From: Anaeramoeba ignava BMAN
Lineage: Eukaryota; Protista; Anaeramoebae
DNA: 64,000 nucleotides
Direction: 5' to 3'
NCBI GenBank assembly: GCA_028826165.1
Contig: JAPDFW010000088.1
Location: 1 to 64,000 of the forward strand
Made by a program: the position numbers and the translations under genes. Every line of letters starts with the position of its first letter. The first letter of the stretch is position 1. Below the pieces are notes generated by a model, which worked only from the letters and a program-made list of their open reading frames with translations, searched no databases and was not told the origin of the DNA. This document shows positions 1-12,300 of this stretch, in pieces.

Positions 1-3000
1 TATTGCATTAATATCAGCCCTTTTTCTTTTTCAATCAACAATTTGATGATTTCGAATGTTGAATTATGTCCACAAGCAAAATGTAAAGGTGTTTCATCTT
101 CATCTGTTTTTGCATTAACATCAGTACCATTTTCAATTAACAATTTAGCAATTTCAATTTGGTTGTTTTTGCAAGCAAAATGCAAAGGGGTTCGACGAGA
201 ATATGTTAATGCATCGGTATTAACTCCCTTTTCAATAAAGTACTTAACAATTTCAAGTGGAATTATTTGGCAAGCAAAATGAAATGCTGTTATATAATCG
301 TCTGTTTCTGCATTAATATTAGCACCATTTTCCACTAAATATTTGATAACTTGAGTGAATTACACTCACGTTATATGCAAAGCTGTTTCATTAAAATTGT
401 GTTTCTTGCATTAATATCAATGCCGTTTTGAACCAACAATTTGATAATTTCAAAAGAATTGTTTTGACAAGCAACATGTAGCAGTGTTTCATTTTGAATT
501 GCTCTAACATTTATATCAGCTCCCTTTTCAATCAGGTATTCAACAACATCTAAAAGAGCATTTGAAACAAGCAAGGCAAAAATATAAAGGTGTGTTTGAT
601 GTTGATTTGTTGCTTCATTCACATCAAGCCCTTTATCAACTGTTATTATCTAATAATGTCTTTTGATAATCCATTTTGGCAAGCAATATGTAAAACTGTT
701 TGATTTTCACTTGTTCTTGCATGGATATCAATCCCTTTTTCAACAAGATATGCAATATTTTTCTTTGATGATAAATAGGAATTCCCACAAAGTAAATGTA
801 AAGCAGTCTTATTAAATTGTGTTTTTGCATGAATATCAACCTTTTTCAATTAAATACCCAAAAATATGATGATAATATGTTTTTCACAAGCAATATGCAA
901 GGCTGTTTCATTGAAATTTGTTTTTGCGTTAATATCAATCCCATTTTCAACTAAGAGTTTAATAATTTTATTTGATGGAACGTTTTCATCACAAGCAATA
1001 TGCAACGCTGTTTTATTTTCTTTTGTTCTTGCATTTACATCAGCTCCATTCTCAATAAGAAATTGAAGAACTTCCTTTAAAATGATTTTTGACAGGCATA
1101 ATGCAATGGTGTTCGAAGATTATTTTGTTTTGTGTGTTGATATCAGCTCCTTTGGATATTAAATACTCTAGAATATCAATTGAGTGATTTTTGCAAGCAT
1201 AATGTAAAGGTGTTTCTTGTTCATTTGTTTTCGCATTAATATCAGCTCCTTTGGAAATTAAATATTCAACAAATTCAAGTGAACTATGCTTGCAAACAAT
1301 GTGCAAAGCTGTTTCACGCTTATTTGTTTGAGCATTAATATCAACTCCTTTTGAAATTAAATATTCAACAACTTCATTGGAACCATTTTGGCAAGCAAAA
1401 TGTAAAGCTATTTCATTATCATTTGTCTTTGCATTAACATCAGCTCCTTTGGAAATTAAATATTCAATAACTTCTTTTGAATTTTTTTGGCAAGCAAAAT
1501 GTAAAGGTGTTTCATTTTTATCAGTTCTTGCATTAACATCAGCTCCTTTGGAAATTAAATATCCAACAACTTCTTTTGAATTATATTGGCAAGCAAAATG
1601 TAAAGCTGTTTCATTATTATTTGTTTTTGCATTAACATCAGCTCCTTTGGAAATTAAATATTCAATAACTTCTTTTGAATTTTTTTGGCAAGCATAATGT
1701 AAAGGTGTTTCATTATCATTTGTTTTTGCATTAACATCAGCTCCTTTGGAAATTAAATATTCAACAAATTCAAGTGAACTATCCTCACAAACAGAATGTA
1801 AAATAGTTTCTTTTTCATTTGTTTTTGCATTAACATCAGCTCCATTTTCAACAAAAAGTTTCAAAAATTCAATTTCGTAAAATGTCTCACAAAGCATATG
1901 TAAAAGTGTACTTCCATCAGGTAATTGCTCATTAACATCCGCTCCTTTTGAAATTAGATATTCAACCATTTCAAATGAAAAATTGCTTCTGCAAGCAATG
2001 CTTAAAGGTGATTGATATAAAAATCCCGTTATATTAACATCAGCTCCATTTTCAATAAGAACTTTGACAACTTGAGTGTATTATTATCGCAAGCATAATG
2101 TAAAAAGCTGTTTCATTTTCATTTGATTTTGCATTAACATCAACTCTCTTTTGATATTAAATACTCAATAACATCTATTTTATTCTTCCCACAAGCATAA
2201 TGCAAGTTGTTTGTTTTATTTTTGTTTTGTTTTTGCATTAACATCAGCTCCTTTGGAAATTAAATATTCAATAACTTCTTTTGAATTTTTTTGGCAAGCA
2301 AAATGTAAAGGAGTTTCATTTTCATTTGTTTTTGCATTAATATCAGCTCCATTTGAAATTAAATATTCAATAACTTCTTTTGAACTATTATCACAAGCAA
2401 AATGTAAAGGTGTTTCATTTTCATTTGTTTTTGCATTAATATCAGCTCCATTTTCAACAAGTAATTTCACAATTTCAATTTCATTTCTTCGACAAGCAAA
2501 ATGTAAAGGTGTTTTATTTTGTTTTGTTTTTGCATTAATATCAGCTCCTTGGAAAAATTAAATATCAATAACTTTTGAATTTTTGGCAAGCAAAATGTAA
2601 AGGAGTTTCATTATCATTTGTTTTTGCATTAATATCAACTCCATTTGAAATTAAATATTCAATAACTTCTTTTGTATTCTTCTCACAAGCAAAATGTAAA
2701 GGTGTTTTGTTTTCATTTGTTTTTGCATTAATATCAGCTCCATTCTCAACAAGTAATTTCACAATTTCAATTTCATTTCTTGACAAGCAAAATGTAAAGG
2801 TGTTTCTCATCTTATTTGTTTTTTGCATTAATATCAACTCCATTTGAAATTAAATATTCAATAACTTCTTTTGAACTATTCCCACAAGCAAAAATGTAAA
2901 GGAGTTAAATTTTCATTTGTTTTTGCATTAATATCAGCTCTTTCTCAACAAGTATTTCATAATTTCAATTTCATTTCCCTCACAAGCAAAATGTAAAGGT

Positions 3001-3678
3001 GTTTCATTTTCATTTGTTTTTTGCATTAATATCAAGTCCATTTGTTATTAAATATTCAATAACTTCTTTTTGAACTATTATCACAAGCAAAAATGTAAAA
3101 GTTGTTTCATTTTTCATTTGTTTTTGCATTAATATCAAGTCCATTTTGTTATTAAATATTCAATAACTTTTGAATTATATTGACAAGCAAAATGTAAAGT
3201 TGTTTTGTTTTGTTTTGTTTTTGCATTAATATCAGCTCCATTTGTTATTAAATATTCAATAACTTCTTTTGAACTATTCTCACAAGCATAATGTAAAGGT
3301 GTTTCATCTTTATTTGTTTTTGCATTAATATCAGCTCCATTTGAAATTAAATATTCAATAACTTCTTTTGAACCATTCCCAAAGCAAAATGTAAAGGAGT
3401 TAAATTTTCATTTGTTTTTGCATTAATATCAGCTCCATTTGTTATTAAATATTCAATAACTTCTTTTTGAACTATATTGACAAAGCAAAATGTAAAGGTG
3501 TTTCATCTTTATCTGTTTTTGCATTAATATCAGCTCCTTTTGTTATTAAAAGTTCTATCATTTTTTTTGAAGCTTTTTTTGCAATTGCAAAATGTAAAAT
3601 TAGATTGCTTTCTGTTATGGAATCAATTTGTAATAATGCTTGTAAATTATTTTGCTTAATTATTTCCCAAATATTCAT
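1..3678 (-). CDS. Large ankyrin-repeat protein, running off the window's left edge; many frameshifts (assembly error or pseudogene)
   Basis: ATG at 3678 (MNIWEIIKQNNL...), then tandem 33-aa repeats of type ETPLHFACxxNSKEVIEYLISKGADVNAKT across ORF pieces 3472-3678, 2565-2843, 2216-2470, 1052-1969, 646-849 and 371-622. The breaks I inspected fall at A/T homopolymers. Confidence 0.9.
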
Positions 3679-3955
3679 TTTAATTAAAAAATAAAAATGA
3701 AAAATGAAAAATAATAAATTTTTTTTTTGTTTCTTTTTATACTTTTCGTTTTTTTTTTTTTTTTTAAAAATTTTTTTAAGTTTCCTTTTTCAATTTTCTT
3801 GGTTTTCAATAAAATTCCCAATATTTAAAATTAAATTTGTTTCTTATTTATTATTTTAAAGAAATTAATTTGATTAAAAGTAAATTAAAATTGAATTAAA
3901 TTTTGAAAAAAAAAATTAAAAAAAAAAGTTTGATTTTCTTATTATTAATTAATTT

Positions 3956-5623
3956 TTAAATGAAATAAGATTCAACTTCATCAACAACCCATGATTTATA
4001 AGAACCAGCTAAATAACTTTGAGCTTCATTTGATTGATAAGTAATTCCATTAGGTAGATTATAACTATAACCAAAATTTGAATAACCAGGTTGTAAATTA
4101 GAATTTAATTCAAAATCACTTCCATAGCCAAACCATGGGCCATAACTTAAACTAGAATAAATTGCATATTGAGGTTCTTTAATTGTAAACTTTGCAGGTA
4201 TTCTATCCCCTTTATCATTTCTTAATGAAAAAATAAATGCATTTGAATCATTAATGTATCCTGTATTTCCTGATTTAAATCCAACTTGAGTAAAACCTCC
4301 AAAAATAAAATTTTGTTTTGTTTTGATAATAACTAATGTTTTTCCTTTCCCATCAACTGCTTTATGCCAATTTTGAGAATTAAATCCATCTCTTTTTGCT
4401 GAAAATCCTTTTTTCATTTTAGAAAAAAAATCATTATCATTTATCCATTCTTGTAATTTCTTAACATATTCAATATCTTTAACAATTTCTGTTTCTGAAA
4501 ATTGAGGAAAATTCTTTCTTAATTCAATCTCCATTTGATATTGATCAAAAACAGGTTTCATTTTCTCAATTTCCTTCTCTTTATTCTCAACTTCTTTCTT
4601 CCATTTCTCTTCAATTTCTTTCTCTTTGTTTTCAATTTCAATTTTCATTTGTTGATTTTCTTTCTCTTTGTTTTCAACTTCTTTCTTCCATTTCTCTTCA
4701 ATTTCTTTCTCTTTGTTTTCAATTTCAATTTTCATTTGTTGATTTTCTTTTTGATTGTCTTGAATAACTTTGTTTTGAATATCAACTAAAAAAGATTTAG
4801 GAAAAAAATCAAATTGTTTTAATTTATCAAAATCTTGTTTTGAAATTGAATTTTTATCAAATAATGAAAAAAAAGAATGAAATAATCTTTTCTTTTCAAT
4901 TCCTCTTTCTTTTTCTTTTTCTTTTCTTTTTTTCCTTTTAATCTTTGATTTCTTTTTTCAATCCAATTATTTAAAATTGAAAAATCAAATTGAAAATTTC
5001 TTTTTTTTCTTGTTTAAATTGAATAAATTTGATAATTTCTTCTTTAGTTAAATTGAATAAATTCTCATTATTTTGAATTTGGGAAAATTTTTTATTTATT
5101 AATTCAAAACATTTTATTTCAATTTCATTTGAATTTAAATTTCGATTTTGGAATAAAAATTGGAAAAATTTGAATAATTAATTGAATTTGAAATTTTTTT
5201 TTGAATAATTTCTTTCAATAAATTTAATTTAAAATAAATTGAAATTTCTAATAATTGGAGAAGATTTTCTTGATTCTCAAAAGAAATATTTCCATAATAA
5301 ATATAACTTAAAATTGATTCCATTTCTTTTTATTAAATTGATTTAAAAAGAAATAGAAAGAGATTCTTGCCTTAATGATTCATTAAAAAAAGGAGATCTT
5401 GAAGATAAAATTGATTTATGAACTTTAATTTCAAAAGGATTTGATTTATTCTCAACAAAAATTGAAAAATCTTTAAATGAATTTCCATTTAAAAGGTTTG
5501 AATAATTTTTAATTAAATTTTTTGTTACTTTTTTTTCTAAATTTTTCATTTCATTTTCATTTTCATTTCATTTTCATTTTGATTTTCATTTTGAATTTGG
5601 TTATTATTATTATTATTATCCAT
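3956..5623 (-). CDS. BTB/POZ-coiled-coil-TLDc protein, copy 1 (frameshifted; error or pseudogene)
   Basis: ATG 5623 (MDNNNN). BTB motif FKDFSIFV...IKVHKSILSSRSPFF in ORF 5343-5549; TLDc motifs GFSAKRDGF..WHKAVDGKGKTLVIIKT..FIFGGFT..GPWFG..VESYFI in ORF 3956-4735. Collinear with the intact copy at 18600-20339, with 1-2 nt indels in homopolymers. Confidence 0.88.
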
Positions 5624-5887
5624 TTTGTTTTTTTGTGTTTTGTTTTTTGTTTTTTGTTTTTAAAAAAAAAAATGAAAAATTTAAATAAAAATTAATAAAA
5701 AGTGGATTTTGAAAATAAATAAAAATATAAAAATGAGAATAAATTTAAATTAATAATTAATTTAATTTTTCTTTTTAATTTATTATTTTAAATTAATTTA
5801 TTAATAAATTATTATTATTTTTTATTAATTTTTTTTATTAAAAAATAAAAGGAAAATTATTTTAATTTAATTTTTAATTTAATTTTT

Positions 5888-6228
5888 GAATTTAAAATTA
5901 TTAATAATTTTAAATTTTAAAAACAAATTTTAAATTAATATTAATTCAATTTAATTCAAAAAGATAAAATTTTAATTTCAAAAATCAATTTTCAAAATAT
6001 TTTTAAATAATAAAATATTTAAATCTAAAAACATTAAATTATTATTTTAAACATAAATTAAATATTAAATTATATTTTTAAATTAATTTATAAATTAAAT
6101 CTTAAATTAAATCTATTTTCATTTTTTATATTTATATGTTAAATATTTAAATAATAAAATATTTAAATCTAAAACAATAAATTATTATTTTAATAATAAA
6201 ATTAAATATTAAATTATATTTTTAAATT
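5888..6228. repeat. Short array (~1.5 units) of the ~144-bp AT-rich satellite with its head sequence
   Basis: Head GAATTTAAAA(A)TTATTAAT...TTCAATTTAATTCAAAAAGATAAAATTTTAATTT...TCAATTTTCAAAATATTTTT, followed by the unit containing TTTATATGTTAAATATTTAAATAATAAAATATTTAAATCTAAAACA. Confidence 0.85.
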
Positions 6229-6315
6229 ATTTTCCTTTTTTTTCTTTATTTTTCCTTTTTTTCTAATTTTCCTTTTTTTTTTCTTATTTTTTTCTTTAAA
6301 AAAGAAAATTCCAAA

Positions 6316-9300
6316 ATGAATAATAATAACAATAACAATAACAATAACAATAACACAGAAAACTTAAAAGAATTATACAAATTATCAATCAAAGAAATTG
6401 ATAATATTTTACTTAAAGAACAATCACTTAATTTTTCAAAAATTTATCAAACTCAAAAACAATTTACAGATTTTACAATTTATTGTAAAGAAAAGAAGAA
6501 AGAAAATGAAAATGAAAATGAAAATGAAAATGAAAATGAAAAAAGAAACAAAAAAAGAAATAAGAAAGAAGATGAGAGAGAAAACCCAATAAAATGCCAC
6601 AAAATCATTTTAAATGCAAGAAGTTCATTTTTTGATTTATTTACAAAAGAAAAAGGAGAAAATCAAATTTATTTTAAAGAATTCGATTTTGAAATTGTTG
6701 AACCAATAATCAAATATATTTATGAAGGTGAAATCAATATTAATCATCAAGAATTCGAAAAATATTTTAAATTTGCTGATATAATTAAATTAGAAAAATT
6801 AAAAATCAAAATTGAAAAAGAAATTGAACCAATTATTAATCAAAATAATATATTTGAAATATTTTCAAAATCAAAAGAAATTCAATCAGATTTTCTTTTA
6901 GAAATTTGTCAAAATTTTGTTCTTAAAGCCTTCCCCGCAAGCAAAAATATTTTCTTTTACTTACACTTACAAAAAATTAAGTGTAATCATTCTCAAAAAA
7001 TTGAGAAAAATGATTAATAAAAGCAAATATATCTAACTTTCGAAGCTTATCAGGTGATTTTTTTTTCAAAATATCCATTTTAGGAAATGATATACTCAAG
7101 CTGCTGCATATAAATAATTAGAAGATTAGATTTAAATTTAATTTTCATGCTCAAGAATGAAAAAAATTATTAAAATTTTATTGAAATCAATAATTTCTAT
7201 TGTTGCAGAACTTTCAGAATCTGGTCCTATTTTTTTCAACATGCTTAATTTATAGATTATTTTATGTTCTTATTTAGGTTCAAATAAATTCAAAAACTTT
7301 CGTGTTTTATAGAAATGGGATGCTTATTTGTTGATCAAAAAATTGGCATTTTTTCAAATTTTTATATCAACTCATTGATCATTTATTTTGTCGATTTCAA
7401 CCATTAATCTTCTTTTATTTTTATTTTTATTTGTTTTTTTCTCTTACTTTTTTTTCTTATTTGTTGACAAACACTATTTAAATAAAAAAAAATATTTTAT
7501 AAAAAAAAAATAACAAGATCACAAAACATTTTTCTTTTGACATTTTTTTAAAATTTTTTTCTTTTTTTCTATTTTCTTATTCTGTTTTATCTTTTTATTT
7601 TTTTTTCAAATCTTTGTTTTAATTCGTTTTTTACATGAAAGCAATAACTTGTTATATTTGTGGGAAAAAAAATCCCTAAAGCCCAAGTTCCATCCAAAAA
7701 TGAATTATTTTTGAAATTAGAATCTACTCCAAGAAGAAAAAGTAATAAAATATGTAATCGGTGCTATAGAGATAATTTAAAAATGGTATATTTTACTTAT
7801 TTTGCTTCTTTTTAATTTTTTCTCATTCCATCTTTTTCAGAAAAAATTTATTCAGGAAAACAAGGATATCAAAGAAGAAAATAGCTGCCTCAAACAAGAA
7901 TTAGATTATTTAAAAGAGTTGGTTCAACAACAAAAAAAAGAAATCAATCACCAATTCTCAATTTATAAAGAAGTCAAAAAACAATTGAAAACAACTCTCT
8001 CTTGGGTGAATATCCTCAATGAAAAATGTGACAGCATCGCTAGAACTGAAATGGAACTTAGAGAAAATCTGTGTGAAGTTCAAAAGGAAAAAGAAAATTT
8101 GAAGAATCAACAAATCACAATCCACTCACATTTGATGTATCAACTTACAAAAGAAAATCAAGATTTAAAAACACAAGTGGAAAAAAATCAGATTAAAATT
8201 GGGAATTTGAGAGATAGTGTATATTATTGGAAAATTACTAAACCGAAAAGAAAGGAAAAAAAGAAGGAGGAAGAACAAATGAAAAGAGATTCACTCAAAA
8301 ATCTCTCTCAAAATCAAACCTCACTTGATGGTGAAAATGAAAACAATCAAAATGAAAACAATCAAAATGAAAACAATCAAAATGAAAACAATCAAAATGA
8401 AAAGGGAAAAGGAAAGGAAAAAACAAAAATTGAATCTAAATCAATTAAAAAATTCAGAAAACTATATGAAAACGATCGCAAAATGAGATCTGCATTTAAT
8501 ATTGGGACAAAAATTGTAGGAATCAGTATTTCAAAATTTTATAGATTCCTCAACTTATTTGAAATCAAGACACAAGATGGGTTGCAAGATTATTGCGATG
8601 AAGTTAAAATCAAATTAGCTCCAATAGTTAATAGTATGGCAGAATCAATTCTAGATTTATCTGCAGAGGAAGTAGAACAATCTACTGATCCTTCTTCAAC
8701 ACAAACCATGGAACATATGAAAAATCACTTTATATCTGATAAAGATATTGATAAAATTGCTAACTCCTCAAGAAAATTATTTATTAATAAAGAATTGACA
8801 AATTCATCTTCCCTTCTAGACCTCAAAGAAAAAATATATCAATTAGTCATAAGTAATGAAAAAAAAAATTCAATCGAAAGAAAAGATCAGAACAAGAATA
8901 ATTCAAATCAACAGATAGAGAATGAATCTCAACCAGAAATCGATTCCACTAAAAAAATAGATTCGATTTTTTCTCATGATGTAGCATATTCACATCGGAA
9001 TAACCGAGCTGCAGATGCATGCGCAATTTTTATTGAAGCGAACACAAAATTTAACAGAATTATACATTACCAAAGAATGAGCTCAACTTCAACCATCCAT
9101 CCACAAAGTTTAGAGGGATTTTTGATTCCCAAAGGAATACAAAAGCTTTCGGAGAAATACAATATCCTTGCCACGGTCCATGACCAGAATACCTCATCTA
9201 AAGTTAAACAGTGTTTCCCGAATATCATGCATTTACTAGATCCCTGGCACGTAACTAGATCAATTCGAAGAAGATACAACAAACTTGTTAACAAATTCTG

Positions 9301-12300
9301 TGGATCAAATAAAAAGAAACGCTCAAAAGAAGAAAGCGAGAAAATGCGAAAAAAAAAAGAACATTTGATGTCATGGAAAGAATCTATAATTTTCCATTTT
9401 CTAAGATGTGCAAAATCTTGCCAAGGCGATATGACGACTTTATTATCTGAATGGTTTAGATATTTTCTCCACGCTAAAGGCGATCATTCCCTTTGCCCAA
9501 AAAATAGTCCATGCACAAAAAATGAAAATTCAAACGAAAATAAACATCCTGAAGATAAAAAAATTACAAACAAAGAGGAGGAAGCATTCTTCAAAATGAT
9601 ACTTTCTGATTTCACCATTATTAAAAAATTAATTTTTTGTAGATATTTTTTATCCACAAGCTACAACGAATCCTTTTTCAGCACTTTAAACGGTTATCGC
9701 GAAAAAATAAGTCATTTTAAAAATTATAATCTTCTTTATCAACTTGCCATCATTGATTGGAACCAAAATAGGAAAAAAGAAAATGAAAAGGAAATAAATT
9801 TAGGAAACCAAGAAAACGAAATTGAATTCAATGAAAAAAATGTATTACAAGAAAATCAAAAAAAAGAAAAAGATATGGAATGGCAAAAAGAATTACTTCA
9901 TCTCTCTTTACCAGGTATCTTTCAAAAAAGTACATCTTATTTGAAGAATTTAACTCTCTCAAGAATCAAAAAAAAGAAAAGAAATAGCTCAGAAGAAATT
10001 GTCCCTCCTCAAAAAGAAAAAAAAAGAAGTAGAAAGTCACCAAAAAAAGAAGCAAGTTTAAAAACAAAAAAAAACTTGATCTCAACATTTTTATTAAGTA
10101 AGATTCAACCCAATTTGTTTGATTTTGAAAACTATTCCTTGCTTCCTACATTTCAAATCCATTTCAAAGATGCTTTGGAGATGTTAAATCCAAAAGAAAC
10201 TCATAAACAAACTCAAAAGGAAACAGAGAACTCATGTCCCAATATACATGATTTGCACATTTTTTCCAATCAAAATCCTTCATTGTTATCAAGAAAAAGT
10301 AAAATCGATAATAAAAATGACGTTCCCATTCAAACAAAAACAAATAATCATAATGCTATCCAAAATATTCAACTTCCCAAACCCAGAGAAATTCAACTCC
10401 TTGAGGAAGATTATATACACAACAAAAGAGAAGAAATAAAGAGATTTCTGAATGATTTAATTGATAACCCCATTAATCTGTATCTTCCAAGTGGGATACA
10501 AGGATCATGGTGGAAAAGATGGGACTTAGAGCAAATGCTGAGTCTCAAGATTTGTCTATTGGATTTTAGTAAATTTTTTATATCCTCAATATCAAAATGA
10601 TGTAGAATTTACCAGATTAGATTTTGAACCCACGATCCAAAAATTACATCAAGAATACAAAGATTTTCAAGCATTCAAGAACAGAAGAAATCAAATTTAT
10701 GAAGATTTTGATAAATTTTTAGAAGCTTCAAAAAAAAGTTATCCCAAATTGATTGACCATTTCAACAATTTCGTTGAAAATCGACCGAGAATGAACAAAA
10801 TAGATGTCTTTTCTAATTGGTTGATGTCTCCAGAACTCAGAAACCAAATTGAATTGTTTGAATCGTTAATAGAATTTGAGAAAGGAGTGGATGGTTGGAA
10901 GCAATTAAGAACAATATTATTTAATTTTGAAGAATGCGAAAGATTGATGAAATGGGATGAAAAGGAACCTTTAGATATTATACCAATAATATATTTGACT
11001 AATCATCATTATGTGTGTTTTTTGATTGATAAACAATTTCATAAAATCTATTTATATAACACTATTCCAAAATATGCAAAAAAGGAAGTAGAAGATATGG
11101 GAAATCATATAAAACAGTATATTAAATGGCGCATAAATGAAAATTATGAAATTGAAGAACTAGTCAAGAAAAAAATCCAAGAAGATGGCGCCCAATGCGG
11201 GAATTCAGTACTACTTTTTTTATGGTTGATTTTCACTATTAAAATTCCTATTGAAAAAGCAGTGGAAATTATCAACCATTCACTTGCTGTCAGATTTAGA
11301 TTCATGATCCTAAAATGTATTTGTAAATCAACCAGAATTCAATTATTATTCAAATCACCAGAATTCATTCAAGATATAATACAAAATCACCCCAAAAAAT
11401 ATCGGCACAATTCATTTTTTCTTTTTTGATGAATCTCTCTAATTTTTAAACGTTAAATTGATTTTTTTTCAAATCATTTTTTCACATCTTTTATTTTTCA
11501 AAATCTTTTACAAAGAAAAATAAAGAATTTTGTTGAAGGAAATAATTGAATTTTGTATTGGATTCAGTTAAAATTAATATATTTCAAAATGAAAAAGAAA
11601 AATTTGAAAAATTGATCAAAACAATTATCTTTTGAATTCTCATAAATTTCTTATTCATATCATTAATTGAATTTTTCTCATCAATTTCTTTCTCAATAAT
11701 CAAGTTCAGTTGTATGAAACAGAATAGAAAAAAGAACCAAAATGAAGAGATATTCAACAAAATTTTCCAAAAGATAAAAATTTGTTTGAAAAGTTTTGGA
11801 TTATGAAATTATGGAGATTGTCCCAAATAAAAAAAAAGTAGTATTTCTTTTTCTTTTTCCAAATAGAAAAAATTGATGTTTTTTTGATCTATTCTTTAAT
11901 TATTTTTTTTAATAAAAAGGGGAAAAATCAAATTTTTTATTTTTTTTTATTTTTTTTTCAAAGTGACAGCTGTCACTTCAAAAGGGGAAAAAATGACAAA
12001 ATATTTTTGCTTGCGGGGAAGGCTTTAAAATTTCCAATAATCTTCTTGAAAAAAAAGAAATTTCAAAATTAAAAACAAATGAATTCTTAAATATTATTGA
12101 TTTGTTAATTTCAAATTTTGGAAGAGATCAAACAAATTTAATTCAAGAAATCATTATTGAATGGACGAAAAATAATCAAGACAATTTTAATCAATCTTTT
12201 CAAGAATTAGAATTAAATTCAAATTCAAATTCAAATTCAAATTCAATCAAAAAAATTATTTATGAAATTTTAATCAAAATTCAAGAAAAGAAACAAATGA

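Larger units (their letters stand above)
3826..6228. repeat. Direct segmental duplication, copy 1 (partner starts ~18471): 3' flank + BTB-TLDc gene + upstream region + satellite head
   Basis: Near-identical non-coding flanks in both copies, e.g. TTTGTTTCTTATTTATTATTTTAAAGAAATTAATTTGATTAAAAGTAAATT at ~3836 and ~18480, and AAGTGGATTTTGAAAATAAATAAAAATATA at ~5700 and ~20431. Confidence 0.9.
6927..12024 (+). mobile_element. Autonomous-type Kolobok-like DNA transposon (5,098 bp) with TTAA target-site duplication
   Basis: Perfect 27-bp TIR AGCCTTCCCCGCAAGCAAAAATATTTT at 6927-6953 with its reverse complement at 11998-12024. TTAA at 6923-6926 and 12025-12028. 5'-AG...CT-3' (RR...YY) termini fit Kolobok rather than piggyBac. 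Removing the element and one TTAA restores the host ORF. Internal DDE transposase. Confidence 0.93.

Noticed and set aside
43-3694. Plus-strand ORFs (QAKCKGVS... repeats)
   Set aside because: They are antisense shadows of the ankyrin repeats.
3956-4400. Diversity-generating retroelement (TR/VR) explaining TLDc variation
   Set aside because: Differences between the copies are not adenine-restricted and include indels; there is no reverse transcriptase in the window.
1-5623. Alternative genetic code or programmed frameshifting to explain broken ORFs
   Set aside because: The breaks inspected are indels in homopolymers, concentrated in this repeat-rich end. The paralogue at 18600-20339 is intact, and conserved genes end normally in TAA, TAG or TGA.
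7020-7600. Second (KolX-like) gene in the transposon's left or right (11430-11950) internal regions
   Set aside because: I found only short open stretches with no recognisable motif. A multi-exon gene cannot be excluded.
6927-12024. piggyBac assignment because of the TTAA TSD
   Set aside because: The termini are AG...CT rather than CC...GG, and the transposase shows a DDE/DPWH pattern rather than the piggyBac DDD core with a C-terminal Cys-rich domain.
6927-12028. Transposon removed from the host mRNA as an intron (introner-like), or acting as an intein
   Set aside because: The ends are not GT...AG on either strand, the host frame hits a stop at 7015-7017, and there are no intein terminal motifs.
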